A stretch of DNA of 64,000 nt from Takakia lepidozioides (Eukaryota; Plantae; Bryophyta): positions 67,890,001-67,954,000 of the forward strand of contig CM060732.1 in NCBI GenBank assembly GCA_030704615.1, given 5' to 3'. The notes beneath the pieces were generated by a model that saw nothing but the letters and a program-made list of their open reading frames with translations, made no database searches and was not told the origin of the DNA. Below, piece by piece: positions 35,901-47,861 of this stretch. How positions within the stretch are numbered: the stretch's first letter is position 1; the number at the start of each line of letters is the position of its first letter. The translations under genes and the position numbers were made by a program.

Positions 35901-38312
35901 CCACTTGCAGTTGTCTCAGAATCCAGTGTGCCCCTCTCTGGTTGCGGCATAGACTCTGTGATGCCCTGCAATGCGCTTCATCTTAGAACAAGTAACAATA
36001 TCCCATGCAAACAGATTCACGGTCAAATCCTCTCCAACTCACTCCTTGAAAGTGGACTCGAATCTATGTCTGGTGTCCATGGTGGAGAAGGGATGGCCAT
36101 GAGAGATTGTACTCATAAGACGTTGTTTGCCGTAGCCTTGTGGCCATTGACCCCGCGCCCAGTTTGAGCGGGAACAAAAGGGACAGAACCTACCTCTGTC
36201 AGGGGCTGACGTTGGTAGTAAGACTTACCTCCATATAAAGAAATAATCCGGGTTTTCCAGATATCCTCTAGAAATTCCTTCACACAAGCATCAATCTGCT
36301 GTGTGTGATTTGCCCAAAAACTAGGCCTCAGGAGGGCCTGGGCTTTTGGCTCAGCCTCGAGACTTTCAAAGTTGGTAAACAGGGGTACAGGCACAATTCC
36401 CTTAATAGATTTGAAGAGAGCGTCTCTTTGGTGAGAGAACCCCGGACAGTGTATCAGAAAATGAATACTGTCTTCAGATTGCCCACACAACGGGCAATTG
36501 CACTCTCCCTTTCCTCTCTGCTTCTGTTTGCTGTTCAAAGGTAGGCTTCCTGCCCTGAGTTTAAATTTCAGTCTAGTGCCGAGAGTGGGTAGACCCTTGA
36601 GGTCATCCAAGATGTCCTCCCCCATGTCACAGACTGGAAACAAGTTCAGGGAAGTTTTCTGCCTAACTTCATTTTCATCAGACAATCTCATGGCAACAGA
36701 CATGGCTGAGGACACTACAGCCTCTAAGTCAGATTTATCCAGCAGGGTCAAGACTTGCGGATCCAGGTCCAGGTCCTTGAGGATCTCTTCTACTCTCTTC
36801 TGCCAGGACTTAGCCTGTTTGACAGGGCGGTCCTGTTTCCAAGATATAGAGTCGATTAATTTAGGATATCTGGTGTTGGGCATATGTTGCAGCTGACCCC
36901 ACCATCTGACCTTGAATTCATCTCGTCGGGAGCTTAAGGACGGAATGCCAAACTCACCCCGAACAGCCACATTGGCTGTTTTGGAGCATGCTGACATACA
37001 CTCCTTAAGCACCCCCACTTGAATGGATTCTAGAGACTTAGCCTGGTTGGAGTTATCAACCCATATAGCAGATCCGTACTCCAAGGCAGGTCTATTAACG
37101 CGACAAAGCATCGTTTTCTTAACCTCAGAGTTGACCCCTCTGCAGTGGAAAAATTTAGTGAGCCCCAGAGCTTTGCCCTTGCCAGTTTGAACAACTTTCC
37201 GGATATGTGCATCCCAATTACAATTGGAGGAGAACTCAACGCCCAGGTAAGTTTAGGAAGGGAGGACCGGGATCTCTTGGCTACCCCACTGCCACTTAAG
37301 ATCACTTCCTCCCTCTCCTCTGTCGTTGAATGCTACCACTGCACATTTGCTGACATTAGCCTCTAGCCCCCAAAGATCAAAGTATCTCTTCGCGCAATCA
37401 ATCAACTCCTGGAGATTGGTTGGAGTCTCCCCTATGCCTGCGAAGTCATCCGCAAACATAAGGGCTGGTATGGTGGTATCACCCACCCTTAACCCAAATC
37501 CCTCACTTTCCACATCCTCGAGGAGTTGATTGATGAAAACATTGAAGAGCAGAGGGGAGAGAGTGAATCCTTGAGCTACACCTTGGTCTATGTCAAAGAA
37601 GTTGGACTTCTGTCCGTTAACAGTGACACAGCTTTTGGTGTGAGCATACAAGTTGTGGACAACTCTCCACATCTTTCCCTTGATCCCACAAGACCAGAGG
37701 CGGAACCATAGGCCATCCCTCCACACTGTGTCATAAGCCTTTTTGACATCCAGGAAAAAGACATAAGTGGGTTTCCCTTCTTTTTTCCTTCCCTGGATAA
37801 TCTGGCTTAGAGTGAAGATATGATCCACACAGCCCCTGTTTCGCCGAAAGCCAGCTTGGCCTTCGTGGAAACAACCTCTGGACTCCAGATCAACCTCGAG
37901 ACGAGTACTTATAACTCTGCAGAATGTCTTGCCAACAGCATTGAGGAGCGTGATGCCACGGTAGTTCCCCGGTTCTTCTCTGTCACCCTTCTTGTATAGA
38001 TTGACAATGACCCCCTGTCGCCAGCGAAAGGGGATCATTTCAGTCTTCCAGATAAGGTTAAAGAGGAGAACTAGGGCCTCTATCATGGGATCGCCACCGT
38101 GCTTGATAAGCTCGTTGACAATACCATCAGGTCCACCAGCTTTATATCCATTTAAATGTTCAATTGCTTCCACAATCTCAGAAGAACTAATGGGAGCATT
38201 ATAAGCCATTGAAATATACTCCAGTTCATCAGGGCTGTTTTGAATCATAGGAACAGTTTTTCCAACTGTGTCCCTCCATTCAGCAGAAGACCCCTCACTG
38301 TTAGACCTGGCC

Positions 38313-38351
<39 letters not shown>

Positions 38352-40914
38352 TTCACCCCTCCCTGTCACCATTGCCTATGAAATCTCCTTCAGGACACAA
38401 ACCCATTTAAGAAAGGGCGAAAGACAAAAACAACCTTTTAGAGTCAATCAATACATTTAACAGGTTCTTGAACAGTGGGGACTAGCTTCTAAGAGTCTCA
38501 GTTATTTGTGCAATTCAGTGCCAGTGGCTGTGAAAACGTGACCTGACAGTCCTCATGCTGGTGATTTGACTTTTTGCCAAGTATAGAACTTGACCAGCAA
38601 GCTCCATAGCCCTCGAGCTCAAACAACTACAGACAGGTTACAGAGCATTGCATGCTAACTTAACCGCTGGCCTTGATATGATCTTAAGAAGAATAATGCA
38701 ACTGCAGTTGGCTCTAGCTTAATACAAATGTGCTGCCTTAGACCTATACCAGATTGAGACAAGCATAGAAGAGAGCCTTGACAAAAAAGGGTGGAACAGG
38801 GGTGATTCCTCAAAGTCCAAAGTAATTGGATTGAGCACAGAACGCTAGAAGACCAATTTTTTTCTGAATGATGTGGTAGCTACATTTCCATTGCGAATTT
38901 TGATGGTAACATTGCTGATTCCTTCATCGAATGTTCTGACAACTTATACCATGATGTCTGACAAACACAGTGAAAAAGACTGACAGGATACCTGCAAGTC
39001 TTCCCTCACACCTTCCTTAGCAGCAACAAATTTCATCACGTCTTCCTTGAGAATACGTCCATCCTTCCCAGTGCCATTGATGGCAGCCAGATTGACACCG
39101 TAGGTCTTTGCAAGGTGACGAACGGTAGGTGTAGTTATCACCTTACTTTGTTCTTCCTCAACAAATTCTGTACTGCTCTCAGATGGCTGGGCTGATGTCA
39201 CCGTTGGTTGAACACCTTCAGCCTGGTCCGCTGAATAGCTTTTGTTGGATCCCTCGATCACTAGTTCCAACAATGTCTCCCCAACCTGCATGACCAATTC
39301 TCACCTTTATTTCTGTGTCTTCTTTCTCTCCATTCTCGAACTGTAGAGTAGCAGCCACAGTCACTTGTGTCACGTCTAGGTAAGGCAAAGCTTCACAGTA
39401 GCATTGCTACCACCCACACCATTTGATAAGAAGCAACGTGAATCCTCAAATCAAAGATCAACCCCGTAGTGCGCACAGGCTATGGAAATGTCAGACTGAG
39501 TTTTCCCCCCATGGGGATTTAATCCCCACCAATTGCTCTAGAGAGTCACTATCCTCAGCGGAGTAAGACCTGAAGGATAGCTCATAGGCTCTCTGCACAG
39601 CAAACCCTGAAGTTACAAAAATAAGCATGTCAATCAACATGTCACAGAAAGCATACTCAGATTGCAGAAAGAAGTGACAGGGAGGTTATGGAACTCACTT
39701 TGACAATATCGCCAGGCATGTAGTTGATTTGTGAAACCTTGCCCTTGTATTGACTGGTAATCTGCACCAAAGCCTTGTCACTCTGTACCTCGCAAAGGGT
39801 TCCAAACTCCTCCACCACGTCTCCCTGGTCCATCCCTTTCCATCTCATTCAACTAGTTTCAAACACCAACAAGGTTCTAAACAACGCCCAAACGTGGAAC
39901 AAACAACTAGCCCAAAAGCATGGGGTATAAGAACAAGGAGGCCTTAAGCCACCACAATACAGAAGCTCAATCCAAAACTACATTGGGACTCGCACACAGA
40001 TGCCCGCAGTCCTGTGATAGGCAAGTACTCTTGCATTCAGTGGCACCATTTGAAAGCATACCACAGAGCATCATGTCAATCCCAGCACACCGTTGAAAGG
40101 ACTCTTAAGATGGAGATGTGGCTGTGATTGGAGTGTAAGAGGTAGACTCAAGCAAGAAAAGGGAAGAGCCAGACTAATGGGGTTATTCAATTCAAACCTC
40201 TTTGACAAACCATTGGATGAGCTCACAGTCAGCAATGCCTTCACCTGTCTGTGCCAATGGAACTTCCACTATGCCCCCAGTTGATCCCACATCAGCCGTC
40301 TGCACCCGGTTAGAAGCATACCTCTCATGCATTATTCTGATTGGATCACCCTGCACAAACCCCACAGAGAGTTTGGCAAACAAATACTCTATATACATGT
40401 GTGAGTGCTCCCAAATAGACACCCTCTCTTTCTAATATGCATCTCTGGTGATGTGCACACACCTCAGAACTGGCTACGAGATGATATTATTTCGTCGGTG
40501 GAAAGGATGCAGGGCATTCAGTCCAGCAATGGGAAATTCTGTGGAGGGAAGAAAAAACTCGGCATAAGAAGAAGCCGAGCTGTGACAAATTCACTTGCAT
40601 GTGATAATTGGTTTGAGGATTACCAAGGGTAAGGCCAACACAGGAAGCAGCAACCCGTCTCTAGCCATGACAGAAGCTCGACAACACGACCGCAATCCAT
40701 CTTTCCATCTTTTGTGATGACGAAATGCACCCACTGCTGAAGATTTTGGCATTCCTAGACATTCGTCTCCGGAGTCTACCGTACCTGAAGTACACCTAAT
40801 GGATTCCATCCCAGATGAGTGGCCTCTAAGTTCAGAAAAACTGCCAAATGAACAGCCGTTTGCTGCCCGGGCCCTGGCAAACAGGAGCCTGAGTGCTTTC
40901 ATGGAAGTCGTCAT
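32981..40914 (-). CDS. BCE2: Branched-chain 2-oxoacid dehydrogenase E2 (dihydrolipoyl transacylase), mitochondrial; exons ~40914-?, 40350-40198, 39824-39699, 39285-38992, 35965-35826, 35082-34832, 34427-34339, 33574-33347, 33094-32981
   Basis: Lipoyl domain VPLAQTGEGIADCEL...CEVQSDKA, E3-binding domain TPTVRHLAK...GTGKDGRILKEDV, and catalytic domain PHFHY, GGTITVTNFGAIGG and GADHRVIDGATVA. The GT-AG junctions are in frame. The exon 1 donor is uncertain. Confidence 0.92.
35590..35692 (+). mobile_element. Short LINE family A 3' fragment (intronic)
   Basis: 'cctcacaaaggtag...caaactggg...ggccacaaggctatggcatacaacgtcgcatgaataca' matches the family 3' end. Confidence 0.75.
36107..38307 (-). mobile_element. 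5'-truncated LINE family A copy (RT plus CCHC) in BCE2 intron 4
   Basis: Nearly identical reverse complement of ~29745-31931. TSD TGGCCATGAGAGA at 36094-36106 and 38308-38320, abutting a (GA)n run. One TAC>TAA stop at 37253. Confidence 0.93.
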
Positions 40915-42282
40915 CTTTATTGGTCTGTTGATGGAACGAATTGGTGAGTTCGTATTGAGCTTAAACTTTGAGAATGGACTGTGAAATGCTCGATGACGAG
41001 ATGAGGTGGTTGCAATTCTGAATGCTTGTGAGATGGTAACGATCTGTATTACTTTCGGTATGCTCACATCCGTGACCAAGTACGAAATGTGACCTGCGCG
41101 TTGTGTCCAAAGACAGAGTGGAAATTGAAGGAAACTAAGCAATGAAGACCTGCTAATTCACAACCACAGCGCTGTGTAGTACACGCCCTTCTCTCTCCCA
41201 GCCCCTCTCCTTTTCTCTGAATCTTCGTACACAGCTCTCCCCTCGATACCGCGACTTGCACTGTATGCCTCAAACGCTGTAAGTGTCAGGCACCGGTAAA
41301 TGAAGAACTGAAACAAGCCTAGGCCTGCCGAGAGCTCCCCCTCAAATCTAACTCAATTATGTCAGCTTCCCCTCTTGGCTCGAAGCCCTGTCATCTCACT
41401 TCATAAACACCCACCAATCGCTCTGCATTCTTCTCTCTTTGTTCAAGCGATGGAAGGAGCATAACACACATATCACAGAACAAATCTCTCCCTCTCTCTC
41501 TCTGGAAGTTATGACCTTTCGCTCTCTCTTTCTGGGTTTCAAAGGCTCTTCTCCTAACCCAATTCTCCTTCCCTTCATAGCCCCTATCCCTCTCCGGATG
41601 CTCATTGCATGACAATCCTGTTTACGCCAAGTGGAGCAGGCCCAACGTGTAACAGCCTGCACAGATGGGCTTGGTGAGAGTCAGCAGGCCCGGATTAGCT
41701 GTGAGCAATTGTAGCTCAGTCATATCTGTGATATCACCTGCCACATCATCTGTATGCCATTCAGAGCTCCTTCTCCACCCCGGAGATGTGTTTGAAAATG
41801 GTTGCCAATTTGGACCTCCTATTGTTTCGCCTACCCATTTAAAGAGTTGTTTTTTGGAGCTGGGTTTCATGCAATATTGTTTGCTGGAAGTAAGAAGGAT
41901 TCCAAGCATGTTTGGTGGTCCCCGATTGAAACATGGAAACTTTGCAGTCCGCACCATAAGCATAGGTCTTGTTGCAGTGCACATTATAACCACCGGTCTT
42001 GTCTGTAGGGGTTGAATCCCGGGCACTCATCTCCAGTAGTCTGGAGTCCCTGACAAGTTGAGTGTTTGTGGGAACATAAAAAGAGGAGAGGTCACAAAGT
42101 CCTCAAATTAGATGCAAGAAATCTGGATGTGTTGGCTTTTCGGCCTGTAATTTTCATGGGAAGTTTGTAGGCTTCCAAAAAATACTTAAGTCAGACCTTC
42201 AGGTCGCCTGTGTCAGACTGCTACTATGAAATCATCTCAGCTCCCATTTCATTTCAGCAGTTCTTTGGCATTACATCACTAT

Positions 42283-42985
42283 GGGCCCCCGTTGATCCCC
42301 CCTCAGCCATCTGCACCTGGTTCGAAGCAAACCTCTCATGCATTATTCCGATTGCGCCCAAGCCACAGAGAGTTTGGCAAACAAATATTCAATATACTTG
42401 TGCTAGTGCTCTCAAATTCAATCCCTCTCTTTCAATCGTGCATCTCTCATGATGTGCACACCGCAGAACTGGCTATGAGATGATAATATTCCGTCAGTCG
42501 GAAGGATGTGGGGCATTCAGTCCAGGAATGGGAAATTCAGTGGAGGGAAGAGAAAATTTGAAGAAGAACCCAAGCTCTAACAAGTTCATTTGCATGTGAT
42601 AATTGGGTTAAAGATTACCAAGGGGAAGGCCAAGATAGTCAGCAGCAACCTGTCTCAAGCCATGACAGATGCTCGGCAAGACAACCGCAATCCATCTCTC
42701 CATCTTTTGTGATGACCAAATGCACCCACTGCTGAAGATTTTGGCATTCCTGGACATTTGTCTCCCAAGTCTCTGTAGCTGAAGTTCGCCTAATGGAATC
42801 CATCCCAGATGAGGGGCCTCTAAGTTCAGTCAGACTGCCAAATGAGCAGCCGCTTGCTGCCCGGGCTCTGGCAAGCAGGAGCCGGAATGCTTTCAAGGAA
42901 GTTGTCATTTTTGTGGGTCTGTTTATGGAAGGAATTGGTGAGGTCATATTGAGCTTCACTGTGAAATGCTCGATGAAGAGATAAC
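42283..42985 (-). pseudogene. Duplicated 5' end (transit-peptide region) of BCE2
   Basis: Colinear with ~40270-41000 (MTTSLKAFRLLLARARAASGCSFGS vs MTTSMKALRLLFARARAANGCSFGS). It is frameshifted and ends before the lipoyl domain. Confidence 0.85.
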
Positions 42986-43301
42986 GTGTAACTCTGCATG
43001 ATCCACACATACCCGTCTTTCTGGTCCACAGCTTGTTTCCTAGCATGATGTAGACCCCCCTGTACATCCAGTTAAAGCTTCTAACCAGATTGCTGTTGGG
43101 CATAGAGCAATTTCGGCCTAAGTATCCACCTCATTGCAGATAAGAGCGCACAATCAGTTCTTAGAGGGTTGATATGCCAGAGAGGAAATGCCCTCAACAG
43201 TACATGACAGCCAATAATCTCACGAAATGGTGAATGAACCAAGCAGCTGCACAGTTTGATGATGATGAAAGACACTCACACCTTTCAAACAAAATATTGT
43301 A

Positions 43302-46300
43302 TCACCAGTACTCCCCACAAGAACAAACTCCATCTTTGAAGTGGTGAAAGCGGTTCGCATCCCGTACAACAATTGGTCGGCCAACAATCTTTGAGATGAA
43401 CTTGGTGGCAGTGTGACAATCACCACAGACTCGAAGGTTCTTGATGACACGCAGGGGTGTCCCAGGGGCTGTGCTGATCAGCCCAAAAGCAATGGCCAGC
43501 TTTTCGCTGTGATGGCAAACAGAAAATTCCTTTTGCTCCTCCTCCACATCATGCAATACAAAGCGCGTGTCAGGCACATAGCCTGCCTCCTTCATCTGCC
43601 CAGACAATCTTCTCAGTTCAGCATGGATTTCCTCAACTTTCGGATGCGATTTGTCATCTACAACGAAGGTGTGCACCCTGTTCTCGACCTCAATGCAGGA
43701 GCGACCTGGCTCCTTTCTGACCCCTCTGACCTTCATCATCCTTCTCACCTTTGCAGTATCGTCCCACCTGCCAGCTGCGGCATAGATGTTTGATAGCAAC
43801 ACATAAGTTGCAGCGTCATGTGGAAGCAACTTGAGAATACATGCTGCCACACGTTCTGCCATCTCCACGTTGCTATGAATTCTGCAGGCACCAAGCAAGG
43901 CCATCCACACTACAGCATCTTCTTTGGTTGGCATTCTGTTGATGAAGTTCTCTGCCTCATCCAATTGCCCTGCACGGCCAAGAAGATCCACCATGCAGCC
44001 AAAATGCTCTACTATTGGAGTGATGCTATGATTTTCACTCAGGAAATTGAAGTAGTATCTGCCTTCATCCACTAGGCCAGCATGGCTACACGCAGAGAGA
44101 ACACATATAAAGGTGATGCTGTCCAGCTTCAAGCCTTCCTTTTGCATTCCTTCAAATAGCTGCAGGGCCTCCCTATGACAACCATGCTGGGAATATCCTG
44201 CCATCATTACATTCCATGACACCAGATTTCGTTCAGCCATATTGTCGAACAATCTCTTGGCATCCTTGATGCTCCCACATTTTGCATACATGTCCACGAT
44301 GGTTGTATTCAGAATGACATCTGGTACAATTCCAGCTTTTATGACGTCAGCATGAACCTCTTTGCCTTTTTTCAGGGCTGCCAGGCTCGCACACGCATTG
44401 CAAATGCAAGCAAAAGTGACCTGGTCTGGTTTCACTGCTTCCCGCATCATTTGCTCATAGGTCTCCAAAGCCTCCATCCCGCAACCATGCTGGGCATATC
44501 CTGCAATCATTGTATTCCATGACACCAAATTTCGTTCAGCCATATTGTCAAACAATTGCTTGGCATCCTGCAGGCTACCACATTTGGCATACATGTCCAC
44601 AAGGGTCGTATTCAGAATGACATCTGGTACAATTCCAGCTTTCATAATGTCAGTATGCACCGCTTTGCCTTTTTCCAGGGCTGCCAGGCTTGCACACGCA
44701 CTGCAAATGCAAACAAATGTGACCTGGTCTGGCTTCACTCCTTCCAGCATCATTTGCTCATAGGTCTCCAAAGCCTCCATCCCACACCCATGCTGGGCAT
44801 ATCCGCCAATCATTGCACTCCACGACACCACATTTCGTTCAGTCATACTGTCAAATAATCCCTTTGCATCCTGGAGGCTCCCACATTTGGCATACATGTC
44901 CACAAGGGCTGTATTCAGAATGACATCTGGTACAATTCCAGCTTTCATGATGTCAGCATGGACATCTTTGCCCTTTTCCAGGGCTCCCAGACTCGCACAT
45001 GCGTTGCAAACGCAAGCAAACGAGACCTGGTTGGGCATCACCCCTTCCCGCCTCATTTGCGCATATGTCTCCAAGGCATTCTTGCCACACCCATGCTTGG
45101 TAAATCCTGCCAGCATTATATTCCAAGTGACCAAACCTCGTTTCGGCATATTGCCAAACACTTGCTGAGCATCCACAATACTCCCGCACTTGACATACAT
45201 GTTGACAAGGGTGTTGTGTAGAAATACGTTTGGCTTGATTCCACTTTGGATGATGTGAGCATGCACCTGCTTTCCCACAGCCAGGCCTCTCACCTTGATG
45301 CACTTATGTAAGAGACAGACATAAGTATCTGAATCTACTGAAACGCCTCTTTGGTTCAAAAATTGCAGAGCCTCTTTCAGTTTTCCTGCCTCACATAGTG
45401 TCCTCACATGCCCAGAAGCACCAGAACAGATTTTCTGGAATCCCTCTCGTGGTCGTCTTTTGGAAGCGGTGGTCATAGTGGAGGTGCCTGATTTTATCAA
45501 GGCTGCTGCTGCTGCTGCTACTGCTCCCAGTCGACCATCTACACGTGCAGATTTCTTGTGGCTATCAATCCACAGTGCCTCCTTGGTACACTTATGCTTG
45601 AGATCCAGCCCTTTCGTCTGGATCTGGACCCACACTCCATCCCTGCCTCCTTCAGCTACCCCTGCCTCAGGAACAATACTGCATAGAGCTCTCCTCTCAC
45701 CGCTAGCAGCTGACAATGCCATCCTAAAATATATCTAGCACCGTGCTTTAAGAATGTGTTGAGGAGAAAGGGATGATGACAATTTGCAAAATAGCTTTTC
45801 AATGCATCTTGTTCGCTGCTTCTTCTGTAAGACATTCACCTTCCTGCCTTGATTGTACCACCATTCACAGGGGTTCAAAAAGCATTCCTCCCCGAGCTTC
45901 TCCTCGTCCCTGTATTGGGTTTCTGGATACTTGCCTGTTACCCCATTGGCAGTAATATGTGAAAAAGAGTAGGAACCACCATAGATCCACCTGACAAGCT
46001 AACCTACAACACTCAACACTTCAACCTTAGGGATGATAAGAGGACAAAACAAGCCCAAGCCTGTTGAAGAAGAAGGTGTCCTCACCACATTGTTCTTGAC
46101 CTTGTGTCATCAAAGCACCTAGCTTTTCTTTTACCCAAGGAGGAGTTAACCAACCATCAATCCATAGGACCTCTTGTGTGCACTGCTTATGTCGGTAGTC
46201 TGGAGATGTTGGATTGGTCTGTGACAACCACCAGGGAGCAGCTGAGGCAGCCACAGCTTTAACCAAGCCACAAACATCAACCCTCCCAAGTACCTTGCAA

Positions 46301-46994
46301 ACTCCAGGGGAAAGCCCCTGCATATCCTGCTACAATGCTTATGAAGAACAACCTACCATACTGACAATAATGACAGTAAGAGCAGTTTCTGTAGAACAAA
46401 CTGATATTCTAACTTCACTCAGCAACTAGGAGTACCATCCAGTCCACAAAATACTATCACACTGGAGGCAGACAAATTCCCTCCATGCCAGACTCCTTCA
46501 TATCCTACATGAAGAAAGCTCACCTTGTCAACTCTGTAGTCCCACCATGGTGAAGGATCTTTAGAGAACTCCTGCCAGCGCTGTTCCACGCTCCAGCCTC
46601 GACCTACGTGCTAGATATACCAAATATCTCACTATCCTGTATGCTTTTTTGCTTCTTTGATCAGATCAGAAGGGTTCTCCTGGATAATTCAGCCTGGATT
46701 CCAAGCCTGAATCCTACGATGCGTACAACATAGCGACCTCAAAAACAAAAACCCACAAATGTCTTCACCTAATTTCATTGGCATCCCTGAAGGTTTGGTA
46801 GGCGCCATAGCCATCACATGCAAGGGACTCCGTCCTTGGCGCATTGCAGACGGGTATGCCGCTCTCAGCTCCACATCCCAGCCCCTTAAGCTGCTGCATG
46901 CTGTGATGCCTCCCGCATGACCGCAACGAGAAGACAGGGCCTTGGGTATGGGGTCCGCATGCACGGTCAGGGGGACGGCTGAACACGCTGCCAT
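43302..46994 (-). CDS. Chimeric PDF-motif (OSB/PTAC9-like) PLS-PPR E/E+ DYW protein, ~951 aa; exons 46994-46769, 46603-46524, 46218-46086, 45934-45840, 45623-43302
   Basis: All four introns are GT-AG with compatible phases (226+80+133+95+2322 = 2856 nt). Transit-like N-terminus, then VEQRWQEFSKDPSPWWDYRVDK/TNPTSPDYRHKQCTQEVLWIDGWLTPPWVKEKL and EEKLGEECFLNPCEWWYNQGRK/IQTKGLDLKHKCTKEALWID. These are followed by PLS repeats, the PG box, HSEKLA, NLRVCGDCH and CSCGEYW. The PPR-DYW part is certain, while the 5' fusion is a by-eye model. Confidence 0.85.
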
Positions 46995-47861
46995 CCCCAA
47001 TAGTGAGTGAGAGAGGAGCAGAAGATATTGGTTCTTCGATCTGCGCAAATCGAACCCCGAGAAATGACTACACCAGCAGGCTCTCTATCAAGGATCACGC
47101 ATAGGTGTGAACCATCGCTTGCTGCTGCTCCATTTCGCAAGTCTCCTTACTTCGTCTTTTCCAAAGGCAATACCAATCTCCTCCTCTCTCCAGTCCCCCG
47201 CGACCCCGCCATCCCCACCAAATGGCAGAGGCTACTCTGCTTGCGAGAGCTCAATGACCGCATGGCTGCAATCCCATGTGTGAAATTATAGAGCATTATT
47301 GAGAGTGATTCTCACACTCTTCTGCAGCATACTATGCATCTTATGGCAGTGGCTAAGATGCATAGTTATCAGAGCAGATAGCATCGTGCAAAAAGAAAGG
47401 ACCAAATCCCCTTTGCAATCGCTCGTCGTGAGATTTGAGTCATGAAAGTCATTTCAGATACGGACTAAAATATGTGAGTTGCAGAACATTGTTTCGAATG
47501 CGTCCAATTCGTGTGACACTAGTCTTTCATCATGGCGATAGTTTTGAAGAAGACACCGCCAGAGTTGTACATCCGACCTCCATGGGTCTGTCTCCCGATT
47601 CTTCAATTCATTGAAAGGAGTCTTTGTTGAAGGTCGCCCATGAAGTGGGCTATCATACAATGCAAGCTACAATGAACTTTCATGATCCTGCAGTAATATA
47701 AAAGAAAACCTGCTGATCGTCCTTCCACGGGTGACCGCTGTTTGCTCTGTGAGGAGCCTCAGCGAGTAAATCAACCATTTTTTCTTATCTTCCCTCTGTT
47801 GTCAGGCACTCGCCGAAGAGTAAAGTAGGGTGGAGTAGGGCGCTTTCAAGCTGCCCTGGAT

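Noticed and set aside
41622-42030. 134-aa ORF between BCE2 and its 5' duplicate
   Set aside because: No domain is recognisable and overlapping frames are equally uninformative.
45624-45722. ATG 45722 as the start of an intronless 806-aa PPR
   Set aside because: A CAG acceptor at 45624-45626 precedes the second half of a PDF motif whose first half is in the upstream exon, so this stretch is more likely intron.
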